Shown: positions 29,148-43,345, numbered from the stretch's first letter. The stretch: DNA of 54,570 nt from Bigelowiella natans CCMP2755 (GCA_000320545.1 ADNK01001314.1:1-54570); one strand, 5' to 3'. Notes: generated from the sequence alone by a model not told the origin. Translations and numbers: made by a program.

Positions 29148-29329
29148 TGTGTTTTTTAGGTACTCTGGCAAGAATATGGGTTCTGTGGCTGATATCTGCC
29201 AAAGGCACTCTCTGCCCATGCCTAGCATGTATGGCAGTAGTAGCGACAACAAAAAAGAGGAGGAGGAGGAGGAGGAGAAGGAGGGTACGACTTTGAAGCA
29301 GCAGCAGAAGGAGGTCAAGGAAGAACATA

Positions 29330-29379
<50 letters not shown>

Positions 29380-29967
29380 GATTCTAATTGATTGTGCGGG
29401 TTGTTCATTGATCATCACGCAAGGTACGGTACATCGTGCGTGCTAATGTATGATGATACTGCCATCATTGTAGGAATTAGCATCCCCCTCCTCTTCTTCA
29501 AAGCCAACCGTGGTCCGCGGTTATCAAGATTTCTCTGGAAGGTGGCAGACAGTGATTCTAGGAATATACCATGCCATCTCCCTCAAATACAGCAACACAG
29601 ATTGCTTCTGGTCTGATAGTAGCAGCAGCAGTAGCAGCACGGATACTAATAAAAGCACTAGTAGTAGTGGTGGTGGTGGTGGTGGTAGTAGTAGAGATCG
29701 GTGTAGTGCCAACCATCGAAGATCGAAGGAAAGAAATGATGAGAATAGCTGCAGCTCCAGGCCAAAACCGAAGAAATTGGCAGTTTCGAGTGATACTGAA
29801 AAGAATGATGAGAAGAGAAGGATGACAGAATTAAGGTAGGACGTGGATGTGGGGTGCTCGATGGCGATGATGAAAATGATGATCAAAGCACAACTTTCTC
29901 AAATGGAATGCTAGGAGAACTTCTGTCGCTCGCTTGTTGCTTATGTGTTTGTGTGTCTGTGTGTGTC

Positions 29968-30006
<39 letters not shown>

Positions 30007-30358
30007 TTCCAAAAACCGTGCTCTCTCTCGAGCATTTCGTGAGCTGAACTATACTAACTATGAACTGTGGGCACTGTATAATAATCTCTTATGTCTGGCT
30101 TAGATATTTCCCGTCCGCAAAGGCACTTGTTGAGGCATTGAAAACAAAGGCTGCCTCCGCTGCTGCTGCTGACGAAACATGTTCTCAACTCACCCTGGTA
30201 CATCAAAGATTCCTCCTACAAGCATTTCATATTATACATCAGAATATGCTGGGTTTCAGTCATGTATTGTAGTTCATGTTGGCCATACTCACGATCAGGT
30301 TACTGGCTCTCTTTATCTTGCTGGAAATGTGCTGGGTGCAGTGGGATTTCAAATGTGA
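23582..30358 (+). CDS. FPGS: Folylpolyglutamate synthase (FolC/FPGS family), multi-exon
   Basis: Motifs VIHVAGTKGKG|STCAFVESILR, TGLYSSPHLIEVNERIRI, GVGGRLDATN, GYDHMNVLGSTLDAIASEK|AGILK, LGLAGDHQGENAAIAL, WPGRCQ, IDGAHT and C-terminal VTGSLYLAGNVLGAVGFQM* (stop 30356-30358). Start inferred as ATG|GTCAGT at 23582. Confidence 0.94.
26363..26444. repeat. Compound (TTA)n(GAA)n microsatellite in an FPGS intron
   Basis: Read directly. Confidence 0.95.
27816..27942. repeat. Compound (GAT)n(GT)n(GA)n microsatellite in an FPGS intron
   Basis: Read directly. Confidence 0.95.
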
Positions 30359-30479
30359 TGATAAATTAACGTGATGCTTGACTGGAATGACATGAGCAAT
30401 TTCGATACGATGGGAGCTATGTGGACTGATCGACGAAACTAGGAAAGGCAGTATGTTGAAAGTCAAAAGCAGTATTCAG

Positions 30480-31360
30480 CACTGCTAGACTGGAGCATTT
30501 AATACACAATGCTTATCACATCTAGCCATTGTCGTCATCATATTGCAAATCGCTGATCTGTCACAGTCTAGCAGTGATGTCCACAGTACGCTAGCACGCC
30601 TAGCAGATGCATCGTGTGCATGCTAGCTAGCTAGTATGACACAGCAATCTCTAACAATCGACCGAGCTATCTAGCCTATCTATAGCTATCGTTCTAGAGC
30701 AGATGTCTAATTGTGACCTATTCTAGTTCAAGAGTTGCTCGCGGATTTTCGCGCTCGCTCCATAGCTCTAGCTATACTATAGACACAGTATATATAATAT
30801 ATAATATAATATATATGATATATACGTATCTAGCGTATGTCTATTCTATCTACAGTTTTCTAGCTTTCTAGCTTTGCAGTTCGCACGTATAGCGGCCGCT
30901 CTTCTGTCTTGTAGCAACGCATGTCTAGCTAGGTAGCTCTGACTAGCTAGCAAGCTGAGCTAAAATTAGACATTATTATCGCATTTGTCCTCACTGCTGC
31001 TAGGCAGTCAACAATCAACAACTTGCAATCTAGCAATGCTACGCTATATAGTCAGCTATGTCGCATCTGATAATTGTCATTAACTATGCCATGTCTAGAT
31101 GTGCATCTAGCTCTAGAGCTAGCTAGACAAACGTCTATGTATACGTGCTATGGACCTAGCTGCAACTAAGTGCCCATTGCTAGATCTAGAGATTGCCGCG
31201 GTTCTCTGCGGGATTGAATGTGCGCTAGTCAGCAATGAAAGTAGCGCTTTTTATCGCCATGGCTACACAATGTGACACGATGTGTTTGATGCATTAATTA
31301 CTACACAGATAAATTTATGTGTGGACATTGTGCTGCATTGGCTTGCACACATGAGACGAC
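30480..31360. other. Palindrome-rich convergent spacer 4 (FPGS / kinase)
   Basis: (CTAG)3 at 30623-30634, tctagctctagagctagctagac, gctagatctaga, and a TA-rich core at ~30789-30825. Confidence 0.8.
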
Positions 31361-31437
31361 ATAAAAAAATTTAAATGTGTTTTTGTTTCATATCCTCAAT
31401 GTAGTTTCCTGCCAGTTAATTTTTTTTCAAAGCTAAG

Positions 31438-33090
31438 CTAAGGTGCTTTCTTTGGTTCCATTTTGCTGAAAACAGGGTGTAGTTGGTTGTAAAATTTCCT
31501 GAAGCTGTGAAAGCTTCCAGAAAGACGTCGGAACTCTGCCACAGCCTCGTCCTCTCCCTTGCAAAAGATGTCGATTGCAAACTGCAGTTTATCCCCAGTG
31601 CTTTGACATGTTGCTTCTATGGAGTACCCATCACGCGTAAACTTGACTCCACTACCGAGACTACTTAAGACACTGACAACGTACTGCAGAGTTCGTGGAG
31701 CAGATTTACAGCTATTGATCACTGTATAACTCTTTACGGCAGGTTCGTACTCTTCAGCCTCAGGCAGAGACTTAAAATCCAACTCAATTAATTTTGGTGT
31801 TGTTGGCATAATGCCGATTGTTTTACCGGAAACCGCGCGCATGCCTTTGGCAAATTCGACACTGTTGTTTTTACGTTCAAGACCTTCTTCCAACTTCGCA
31901 GTGTCTACCTCGGGCTTACGCCTCTCCAATTCTTTAACAAGATTCTCCTGACTCAAGATTTCATTTGTGTACCATTTGTGCTTTTTAATTCCTTCTATTG
32001 TGATTCTTTTTGATTCATCTGCGGTCAGCATTTGATTGATGAGGTCCTTAAAATCTGCATCAAATTTTCTCTGCTGTTCGTGTGCCATCCAGAAATATTT
32101 GAAATTTCCCTTCAAAAGTTTGTCGAACCACCAATCCTTCTGATTCGGGCTAACATAAGGAGGGTAGCCCGCGTACATAACGAATAAGATGACTCCGCAG
32201 GACCAAATGTCACAGGCTTTTGAATATGCAAGGCGTCTCACAACTTCTGGGGCCATGTACTTCTCAGTCCCCACGCATGTGTGCATTTCATTTTCCCCGG
32301 GCATTACAGCAAAACCAAAATCAGCAATCTTCAGTATAAAATTAGTATCCATAAGAAGATTATCAGGTTTTAGGTCACGGTGCACAACTCCGGCCGTATG
32401 ACAAGCATCCAATCCCTCGATTAATTGGTGAAAGTACGCTCTCGCAACGTCCTCGCTAAAGGATCCAGTATGCATTAAATAGTCGAAAAGCTCGCCGTTT
32501 TCACATAGCTCGAGAGTGATTATTGCTGCCTCCGTTTTCGATCCATCCTTGTGAGGGTATTCGCCTTCCCAATTCACACCTTTCAGGCGCACGACGTTAT
32601 CATGTTTAACAGTTCCAAGGGCCTTGAGCTCAGCCTTCACGGACCTGGTGGACAGAGCGGTGTGAGATGATAGTATTAGGCAACATGGATAGAGGGTTTA
32701 CCTGACTCTGGATTGGTTTTCCTTTAGTTTCCTGAAAGAAATGAATTTCTCTCAATTCATATCGAAATATACTTGTGTAACTCTTTTTTGGCTGCATACC
32801 AGAGCACTTTCAGAGCAACTCTCTCTCCAGTTTCATGGTGGACTCCTACACAAGCAATAGCAGTGGCTCCCCCCCCAAGCTTTTTCCCCAGATAAAAGTC
32901 CCCGATCATTCTGCGATTCTTCTTTTTCTTAGAGAGTTTTGCGGCAGCCAGCTTGGCTTTCAGCATGGCCATATCTGATTGGCAAGGTCTTCTTAAAATT
33001 ATAATCTCATAAATTCAATTTAAAAATACCATCTCCCGTTGCCTCCGCGGATGCAGGAGTGGAAGAAACTATGACGCTTTCTTTAGTCAT
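31438..33090 (-). CDS. Ser/Thr protein kinase, CAMK group (SNF1/CIPK-like) with C-terminal KA1-like domain, 4 exons
   Basis: Motifs LGGGATA, VALK, LELCENGELFDY, HRDLKPDNLL, DFG, GTEKYMAPE, DIWSCGVILF, and C-terminal AEFRRLSGSFHSFRKFY. A short first exon MTKESV.. at 33090 is phase-consistent. Confidence 0.95.
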
Positions 33091-34038
33091 GCTTGCTCCT
33101 TAAGGGCCCAAGCAGCTTTGCCTTCTGTGGGACCTTCAAAGAAATCAATGCAAGTCAATTATCTGCAAAGCTCTCCAAAGAAATTCAGAAGCTAATTTTA
33201 AGTATGAGACAATCGAATATCCATGACGTTTAAAATAAATATCTGATTTATCGTGCTTCTCGGATACTTCCTGTCTTGCGACTGCTTTGAAAAAATGAAT
33301 TGGACATGGTGGCGCAAGTTTCCACTTGCAAAGCGAAAAAATTACCTGCGTTCAGAGTCCTAATTAATATATACGACTACGATTTACAGTGAATCTTGAA
33401 GAATTTAGAAGCTGTTTCAGATAGTAAGACCAGTTCCATGAACAGCACAGGAGATTTCTCAGAACTCTCTCATATCTAACGCATGCCATTTTTCCGGGTT
33501 TTGGAGCTTCCTGTCGCGAAAACTTTTTGCAGAAAGTAATGGGAAAATTCTTTCTCGGGGAAAAATAGAAAAAACGAATTCTGGACTTCATCTTCGAATT
33601 CAAATATGCGAGCACAGGTTCCTAGGCGCTCCTGGAAAGGACTTATTAATTAAAATCGAAACTATGCTGGAAACAGGAAGTTGACCCGGCAAAAAAAGCC
33701 TAAAGATTCCAAGTTCGCATGACGTTTGACAGAAACTTAGGAGACTCACCAATAGATTTATTTCTTAGCGGCCTGGGATAAGCTGAAAAATACACCCACA
33801 CTTGGAACACTCACTCTCCCCCCTAGAACCAGCATCGGAAGTTAAATCTCAGAAAGCTTGAATTGTTAGCAACACGATTTTGACTCTCTGGGGTGGGAAT
33901 GCTTATTTTGTTTTTATTGGGAGAACTCAAACAATAATTTTGATTTCTGTCTACCTGGCATTGCTCTGGCATGGCTATTTTTTTGTGTCACCTTCTCCCT
34001 TACTTCAGAGGAGCCTTTGAGGTGAAGTGGCCGTGGTG
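33091..34038. promoter_or_regulatory. Putative bidirectional promoter/5'UTR region (kinase / VPS9 gene)
   Basis: Lies between divergent ATGs, rich in A/T runs. GGGTTT at 33496. Confidence 0.5.
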
Positions 34039-35822
34039 ATGGAGCCAGAAGAATGCAAAAAAGAAGGGAAAATGTACAAGGCTAGCGATCTGTCAACAGA
34101 AAGCAATGCACGATATAGTACAAGAATACAGGACCTAGCCAAAGGTGAAGCAGAGTGTACAAGAGAAGAAAATAATGGAGGTGGGGGTAGTGGTGAAGGA
34201 AAGAAGCACCATCAAGGTGATTATAAGATACATGGGTGCCGCATTCTCGCCTGGATATCCCCTCAGTGTTTATCTACCACATGTAAAATCGTTCCGTAGG
34301 TATAAAGAAAGATAATCAAGCTCCAGCAGAACACAACACTGATGAGAAGAGGACCGGGGGGGCGAGGAAAACTCTTGATGGGATGGTAGATTGGATCCGG
34401 TGAGTATTAGCAATCAAGCATCTACTCACAAATGATTTCTACACGGATAGAAATTGATCAGTGTGCATGCTTATGTTTATACCATCGACATCATCAAAAT
34501 CATCGTAGGGGAGTTGTAAACGATGGCATCGATATAGCCTACTCCATCTCCAGACAACGTGGGGGCGAAAGGTCGCGACGTCTAAAACAGCAACTTCCAT
34601 AAAAATTCATGTTAAATCAAATTGCCTATATGGTCACACGCTGCCTTTTCTTAGGTTCCTCACAGAACAAGCTGCTCTGCTTCAAGTACCTGCGGACGAG
34701 ATTGATATTGTTAATGACCAAGGGCTACTTTCTCCTGGTGTTTGGATAGAAATTTCCCGTGGAGTGCTTGAGGGAGCAACAGGCAGGGTCGTGGAGGTCA
34801 AAAGGTCGGATTCTGCTTCTACGACAGCAGCAGACGGGCGCAACGGAAACAACAACGGTAACAACGACGATGGTGCCAGCTTCAAGCAAGGGCCTAACAA
34901 AAATAGCTCTACTCACCACTCGCTTGATCATCAAGATTCCAGTTCTATCAATTCAAAAGGTCAGAGTAGAGCTTAAGGATACACATCATGTTGATACTCC
35001 CTGATGATGAAATAAGCGGCATCATCATCCTCGACACCATCATTAGCAACAGCAAACCTTTGCATCTTTTGTTTATGAGAATGTGGCTCCTGCTAGGGTA
35101 TTATGGCCTTTGCAGCAGTTGCAGCAGTAGTGCATGCTGATAATCTATTTGATTAATTTTTCTGCTTACAACCAGGGAAAGGGGGAGGAGGGACGGGATC
35201 AATGAAGGTTGCGGGGGGTGAGGAGATGGAGAGAAACAACGATAGTACAACTACTGCTGGGTCGCAGAAGTATGTGAATGACAGCTCTGCCTTTCTTAAT
35301 GCTGGTGGCATCGACGATGCTGATGCTGCTTCAAGTGGAAAGTGGCGATATCTAGTGCGACTGACCAACGGACGCACAGTACTAGTGGTATAACAGCTAG
35401 TGAATGCATGATGACGATGATGATAGCAATGAGCTGCTCCCTTCTTCACGCGCAGGAGTAGCAAATTTGTCAATAAGTGCACCTTTTGCCGTTGTGTCGT
35501 TGTTGTTGACTTCATCAGAGTCGGGACGCGATATCGGTTCTTCTTCCTCAACCCACCCATATCAGTAAGACCAGTGGAGGAGTTGGGAAGAGGAAAGAAG
35601 ACAAGGATGAGGACAAAGAAAACGTAACCACAGCGTCACCAGCAGTGGCGGACACTGATATAAGCACCACAACTACCATTACCACCCCTACCACCTCCTC
35701 CTCCTTATCCACAATGACGACTTCTTCAGCTAATATTACTACGGCCAAAAACAGTGCTGTTATTGGTAATAGTGCCAGCATGCCGAATGGCCGCGAGACC
35801 AAACGCAAACGCAGTAATCATT

Positions 35823-35857
<35 letters not shown>

Positions 35858-36050
35858 AAAAAAAATGAGCCTCCTACGGCAACGACAATGCCAAAGCAAA
35901 GCAGCAATAGCAGTAACAGCAGCAGCAGCAGCAGTTCACATACCACGAAGGGATCCTACTCCTCTACCTCTCCTTCCATCGTAGGGTATGATGATGGCAG
36001 TAGTGGCGGTATTGTTGATCATCATCATCACCACCATCATCATGGCCATC

Positions 36051-36085
<35 letters not shown>

Positions 36086-37264
36086 CACCACCATCATCAT
36101 CATCATCATCACCACCATCATCGCCGACACTATCGGCGATTCTTCTTAGAGGCATTCCCTCTGGTAAGAGTATGGGAGGGCAGGGCTCCTCGAATAGCCC
36201 TGAGATCTTCTGTCGGAAATCCTATCGCTCCCACCCCCCTTCCTACCGCCAACCTTGATTCCAAACAGCGCAAATTACGTCGCAAAGAACGTCGAAGTCT
36301 TGTTTTTGGCGCTGCAATGGCGACAACAGTATCCGCACATAAGGGGGGCGCGGCTGCCTCGAAGAGTAGCATCATCAGTGGCGGTGACAGCAGCACTGCT
36401 GACACTGTGGCAGCAGCAGCAGCACCACCACCGCCGCCGTTTCTGCCCGAAAGTATGCGTCTACCGCAGGTACGAGACAGCTGCATGCAATCATAATATA
36501 GCTGCTGCTGCTGCTGCCATCTGGACCTTCACAGCTATCCGCCAACAACTGCACCCACACCGCATTTAACTATGTTCGCCGCACTCGTTGTCCCTCAGGT
36601 TCACCCCCCCCCTCCCCCCGAACCGAGTGAAGCCCCTCCCCCACCCCCGCCTGAGAGTGGTTACATGACAAAGTTCCTGCTCTGGGCAAGGAAGGGCGTG
36701 TCGAAAAGCGCCCACGGCAACAAGGGAGACGAGGAGGAGGAGGAGGAGAGGAGGGCCAGGGAAATGCGGCACAAACGAGCAGTTGCTGCAGCGGCAGCAT
36801 TTCGGGAAGCATTAGACCGGCACGAGAACCGCATACGAAGTTTGCAAGGAGAGAGGGCCAAAATCAGGGTGAGGCAGATTCATCCATTGGCAGTAGGAAA
36901 AGCAATGTCGAATGAGGATCGGGCATCATTATTGTGTTTATTTGATTGCTTCGTCTTTGAATAAGCCAGTCGCTCTACAATCCCCCCCCCCCCGTCACCC
37001 CCCTTTCTCTTTCTTTCTCTCAGACGTAAAAACTGTACAGAATACTAGTAGAACGATGGTCACATAAAATGACGGTGTGTGTGTGTGCATTCTGGTTGTC
37101 GCGGCCGTTAAACAGGACGAGATGACACGAGATTTAAGGCGGTGGGAGCGATACGCAATCGAGGAGCTAGAGGTAGTAAGAAGTAGTAATGTGGTGGTTG
37201 GGAGCAGTGCGACAACAATTGCCACTAAGCATAATAATAATAAGAAGAATATTAATTATTGAGA

Positions 37265-37299
<35 letters not shown>

Positions 37300-37992
37300 G
37301 GTTCTTGGACAAAGGACCATGGCAATAAGACTTATAAATATAGGCGCGGTAATGATTAGCGAGGGACACACACACACGCACACACACACACACAGAGAGA
37401 GAGAGAGAAGGGGGGGGGGGGGGGGGGGGAACAAGAAGGGAGGTGAGGGAGGTGAATCGACTTTGATTTTATATAATCAAAGTCGGTAAAGGTTGTTTTA
37501 GTCTAAACGCCAATAACATGCACTTTCAATTCATATACGACGATGATCGTGTGCCATGGTTGATTCACCTTCTTTACCTTACTCCTCGCTCCTGTCCTCC
37601 TTCTTCCCCCCCCCCTCCTCATCCTGCCTATCTGTCCTCATGGTCATTCTGTTGGTAGAGGTTGGATTTGGAATCAGCATACCTGCAAGCATTGGTCGGC
37701 ATCTTAAATAAGATTCAGGTGTTGTTATTTCGTAGCTACTAGCTAGCCATGCTCATCATCATCATCATCATCATCATCGTCATCATCGTCATCATCGTCA
37801 TCACTATCGCTGCTTAAGATTCTCTCTTCTTCCTCTACCACCACCACATTATTATCATTCTTATTATTGTAAGGTGTGGATACGGCAAGGCTGCGATGAA
37901 AACAACACCCCAACAGGCGTGGACTTAGAAGTTTTCTTGAAGGTTGCTTTCACTAAAAACCTGTGGATAGATCCCCCCTCCCCTCCTCCTCC

Positions 37993-38025
<33 letters not shown>

Positions 38026-38288
38026 CCCCCTCTCCCTATCCCCTCGTCATTATCGTCGTAGCTACTTGCGAGAGAGCTGTGTTGGGGGTATTGTATTGCA
38101 AACGAAGATGTGAGTATTATTTATGAAGATAATACACAATAAATAATAAGGGCGTTGAATCTGGCATAGAAGTCGATGAGATCATCCAATTTCCCAACCT
38201 CAACCACAACCTCTCGGTACTACGTTATTGCTTGCTACCACCACCATCGATAGATCGTCGTCACGATTCTCATCATCTTCATCTACAG

Positions 38289-38327
<39 letters not shown>

Positions 38328-38865
38328 TCTTTCTCTTTCTCTTTCAATCTCCTTCCACTTCTCCGTGGCTACCAGCACCAACAAGTCTGATGTTGCCTTG
38401 ACCACTACTACTTCTAATACTGGTACATGCAGGAGTGCAAACGCTTGGAGCAGGAGTCTTCTTCGCTTTTACAGAAATACAGGGAAATGGTAGACCAGCT
38501 CGTGGTGAAGGAGGCCTTCTCGGCGAGGAAGAAACGCCTCGTCAGAGTCCTGCAGATCGGTTAGTAGTTGTGCTCTCCATCTAAAATCCGCACCGAATGA
38601 CGATGTAGTAGTGCTATCTATGCAAGTAAGGAGGAGGAGACGGCGATGGGGAAGCAGAGGGGGGGGGGGGGAATAAATACACCCCAAGGTTGCCTCATCG
38701 CATCATCAATGATCAACAACAATGATTTCAGGGGATGGTGCTGCGGAATGGGACGAGACATACGGGCGGTATTGGCGTGCAGAATCAGCCGAATCCCGGC
38801 GGTTATTCAGGGCCATCATGCTCGATGAGCGACAGTCCGAGGTGCAAGAACGACAACACACCTAT

Positions 38866-38899
<34 letters not shown>

Positions 38900-38937
38900 G
38901 CAGACCGTAATGACGTTGATATGTGCATAGCTTGTGC

Positions 38938-38977
<40 letters not shown>

Positions 38978-39010
38978 GGCAGTCATGAAGCCATGCTGCA
39001 TTTACTACTA

Positions 39011-39044
<34 letters not shown>

Positions 39045-39627
39045 AACTACCTGTTTGTCTTGTAGTGAATATTCGCTCATTATCCGTCTCTTATCTATCC
39101 ATTTAGGGCCAATTGATTCGTCGTTGGCGCGCATTGCTACATGCCGCAGGTACTAGTTATACTACTAGTAGTAATAGTAGTAGCGAGTAGTACTACCCAT
39201 AAATATAAATATAAATATATAAATATATATATATATATTGTCATCAGTTTCTTCTTCCTCGATATGGCTGTCGTCTTTCGTCTCGTTAGGAGAACAGCAA
39301 GGCGGAGAGGGGGGTTGGGGGGGGGGGGTAGATCAATTGCCTGTATGTTTTACCTCTGATGATCATACTAGAGAGATTCTAACTTTTTTATTTATTCAAT
39401 TATCAGGAGGGGGAGGAGGAGGAGGAGGGAGCAATGTGTCACCTGATGCCGTACGAGCGTTCTTTTTGCACATACTAAGGCAGACTGCTGGACGATACGC
39501 CCTCACAACAGAGGTGTTGCTGCTGCTGCTTTGGTGTGGTGGTGGTGGTGGTGGTGGTGGTGGGCATTTATGTGCGTTGGAGTGCCTCTGTGTGCGTGTG
39601 CGTGTGTGTGTCTGTGTGTGTCTGTGT

Positions 39628-39667
<40 letters not shown>

Positions 39668-41830
39668 CGTGTCCCTTTCTTGCCTTTACGATTACTTCCT
39701 AATGCTGCCAAGTAACTACACATCTAATCGATTCAACGCTTTCCGTACAATTAGCGTCAAATCGGCGCGTTAGACCTCCTGATGGCTCGGTTGGTGTACC
39801 CCCTAATCTCCTTTGTCGTCTGCAATCTCCACACACCTCACGAATACCAAATGGACCTTAAATTCCTCGATAACTCTCGGTCAGTGGTGGTGTATCTCTG
39901 CGAACGTATACTACTGCTACTGCAACGCATGCAACAAATGCAACAAACAGCAATGGGCAGCTTGCAGCCAAACTATGCGAGACGATGGTGACGATAGCAA
40001 TGATGATGATGATGATGATGACAATATGATGATGATGCCGATGATGATGCCGATGTTGATGATGGTGCGAATGCAATGCGTGCTTGCTATCAGATTGCTC
40101 CGGTGTGTGGCCGCATCGAAACTGGGTGTATTGCCATGTCACTTGCCCAGACGGAACGGAGAAGGAGGAGGAGGAGGAGGAGGAGGAGGAGAGAAGGAGG
40201 GCAAGGGGCGATATCAAGAGACGACATCCTATCATCAACAGAAGCAGGAAGAGCAGCCGTACCACGATGCTTGCCACGCACTGAGCGAAATGGTAACATG
40301 GGGAGAGGGGCGGGTGGGGGGGGGGGGGAGGTGGCGATGATAGGAAGAGGAGGAAGGTGCATGATAGGAAGAGGAGGAAGACACAACGAATAACCTTCTA
40401 GTTTACGTTTCAAGATGACGATGGTGAGGTGATGATAATGATGATGGTGATGATAATGATGATGGTGATGATGATGATAATAGTCGCATGGTATGGTAGC
40501 GTATTGTTCGCTTAAGGTGATGATATTGTTTCGTTTTTTGTATAAGGGACGCACCGTTGTCCCAGCAGATATGCTTCAGGCGGGGTTGTAATAGTAGTAA
40601 CAGTAGTAATGATAGTAGGGTTCGTGTCCTTAGAACATGAGCTTCCCCGTACTACTACGGTTATATCAGCCCCACAAACAGTTATTTTTCGATTCAGACG
40701 ATAGCGGATAGCGGTTATGATTTTGTTGCAGTGCGCGCACACGCACACACACACAAACACGTCACCTCTCCCATCCCTCCTTTGAGGATATGACGAATAT
40801 TGTCTCGTTTAGGCTGCAGGCGATAAGGCTGATACGAGAAACTTCCAGCAGATATTTCATGGTAGTTGGCTCGAATCAGTATTTATTTTTAATTTCGGGA
40901 GGCGGGGAGGGGGCAGATTGCGTATTGCTGAGCTCATTATTGCATGATCTATCATCATGCCCAGGGACATCTAAATGGCGGCGAGGCAGGAGAAGGGGGA
41001 GGGAAGGGTGGAGTTAAATCAGGGGATTCTACGGATGCTGCGGATGACGATGAAAGGGAACGAAGTGCGATGATGAAGCAAAAGTACGCTTCCTTTCTAC
41101 CTGAAGCAGTTTTGATATAATATGGTTATGACGACGACGATGATGATAAAGATAGTGGTGATGGTGGTGGCGATGGTGATGATGATGAGGGGGATGAGGG
41201 GGAGATTATGGCAAGAATTATGAGAAGGACAACTTAGAAACACTTTCGTAGTCGTCGTTCTCCGCAGCACAACCCCGCCCAAATTTCAGGGGGAAAGTAG
41301 AGCGATAGTATTCCAAAATATGGAGTGGGTAGCCAGTCAGATCAAGAGATGAAGAAACCCATTTCTGATGCATCGTCGCATCACTCCAGTTGTCGTTATC
41401 GTTGTTGTTGTTGCCGTCGTTGTTGCCGTTGTTGCTCCAAGCTGTCGCTCATGGTTCACGTATAATGGTGATTACTTAGAGCTCTTTCGAGTCTGAATGC
41501 GGATGCACTGTTTCCGATTGTCGTGTACGTGCTGCTTCATTCTATGGTAATGATGATGATTGATTGACGACGACGACGATGATGATGGTGATGTGGTAGT
41601 GAACAAAGCTTCAAGCCATAGCAACTATGATAGATACCCCCTATCGTCACACATCTGTCCTTTCAAAGTTGTAGCGCTGATGAAGAGAAGGAGAGTAATT
41701 ATGTGTGAAAGTAACCATTAAGTGCTGCTGCTCCCCCCTGTGTTGTTTTGGTTGTCTGTGTGTAGATTGGGGACATTCATGCTTGTTTAGGAACTATTGA
41801 GGTGGTGATAGTAGTAGTAATAGGAGCAGC

Positions 41831-41867
<37 letters not shown>

Positions 41868-41977
41868 AGTGGTGTTGTTGAGAGGTTGGATGCTGCACCA
41901 AAGATAGTTGTTGTCGTTTGGATCAACGATTGGAAATGTGATCATGATTAGCAGATAGTAGTATCATTTACCGCAGC

Positions 41978-42015
<38 letters not shown>

Positions 42016-42081
42016 TCATCAAAATCATCATCATCACACGTGTCTGCCTGCCTGCTGATGCACAACGCACGTTCAACAACC

Positions 42082-42123
<42 letters not shown>

Positions 42124-43345
42124 ACGCAGAGATTTTGCAATGAAATCCATCTCACGCGTGGAGAGACGGGCATGTGCCTCTCTCTTCTCAGGTGCGTTTT
42201 GACACCCCCCTCCTCCTTCCTCCTTCCTCCTCCTCATCACCATCATGCATCAATACTATAAATACCCTCATCATCGCCGCCCCAGCCCTTCACTAAAATC
42301 GCAGCACTATCGTCGTGTATGTTTACTGTTGTGGGTGAGAGGCGCTTTCGAGCAGCAACTAAAACGAAGGCCAGACTACGGCAATTATAGCCACGGCATG
42401 GAGCTGACAATTGTGTGTGAATGGAACGGTGTTGTTTTCTTCTTCGTCAGAGCCGCTGCGAGCCACATCGTACACGCCGACCTTTCGAAATTTGGTATTG
42501 ACCGCACCAGCAGCAAGCCCAGCAGCCACTCAGATGATGACGACAACAACAACAACAACAACAACAACATGGAACAAGACGATAGTGACGACAACGACGA
42601 CACTGTTAAAGAGGAAGGAGAAGGAGTGTATGGGAGAAGGAACAATCAGGGTACACGAGGGGGGGGAGCGAGGGGGGCTGCAAAAAATGATAATAGCGGA
42701 AATAATAGGAAGTGCAATGGAAGTCCTGCAGTAGGCACAGGGGGTAGAAAGCAGCAAAGCCGACGAAGAGGCAGTAGAAATGATAATAACGACAACGAAG
42801 ATCAACCTAATGATGATGAATATGAAGGCCATCGAAATGGCAACATTAGCAGCAGTAGCGGCAGCAGCAGCAGCAGTGGCCGTAATGGTACTACTAGTAC
42901 TAATAGTAGTAGGAGTAGTAGTAAAATTAACTGCACAAAATGTGTTGATAATAATAATAATAATAGTAATAATGAGAAAGCCCCACGTCGCCCTAGAGAT
43001 CACAGCGGTGGTAGTAGCGATGGCGCTATTGATAATGATAGCAGGAGATGCAAGAAAATGAAATGGTCTTCCTCCTTGAGCCACCGCAATCAAATGGAGA
43101 TTGATGACAACAAGCTTGCTACGAGCACAGGGATTTCGATGCACCAGCAGCTTCATGTAAAATCAGCATCAGCCGTAGGCCTATCCGCGATGAAGTTGAG
43201 CCCCCCGCAGAAGCAGCAGCAGCATCAGCAGCAGCAAGGATTCGATGTGACATTGAAGGACGTGCAGGAAATGGTTCGCCTCCAAAAGCACATCGACAAC
43301 TTGAAACGAGTGCAACTTGATCTAATCCATGCGGGCTTCACCTGA
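34039..43345 (+). CDS. Large VPS9-domain protein (putative Rab5-family GEF) with low-complexity regions, multi-exon
   Basis: Exons at ~40260-42480 read PYHDACHALSEM|GRTVVPADMLQAG|LQAIRLIRET..|LSSLNADALFPIVVYVLLHSM|IGDIHACLGTIE|RFCNEIHLTRGETGMCLSLL|RAAASHI. This fits the VPS9 pattern (AD-x-L-x-P, GE-x-G). Upstream exons appear to chain back to MEPEECKK at 34039, but joining everything into one gene is partly inferred. Confidence 0.82.
36017..36122 (+). repeat. (CAT/CAC)n(AAT)n(CAT)n trinucleotide tract, in frame as poly-His/poly-Asn within the VPS9 gene ORF (may be partly intronic)
   Basis: Read directly within ORF 35645-36496. Confidence 0.85.

Noticed and set aside
30480-31360. CTAG-rich spacers as Helitron ends, MITEs or CRISPR-like arrays
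   Set aside because: No shared terminal sequences, target-site duplications, transposase/helicase ORF or regular repeat-spacer periodicity are visible, and the six regions do not align.
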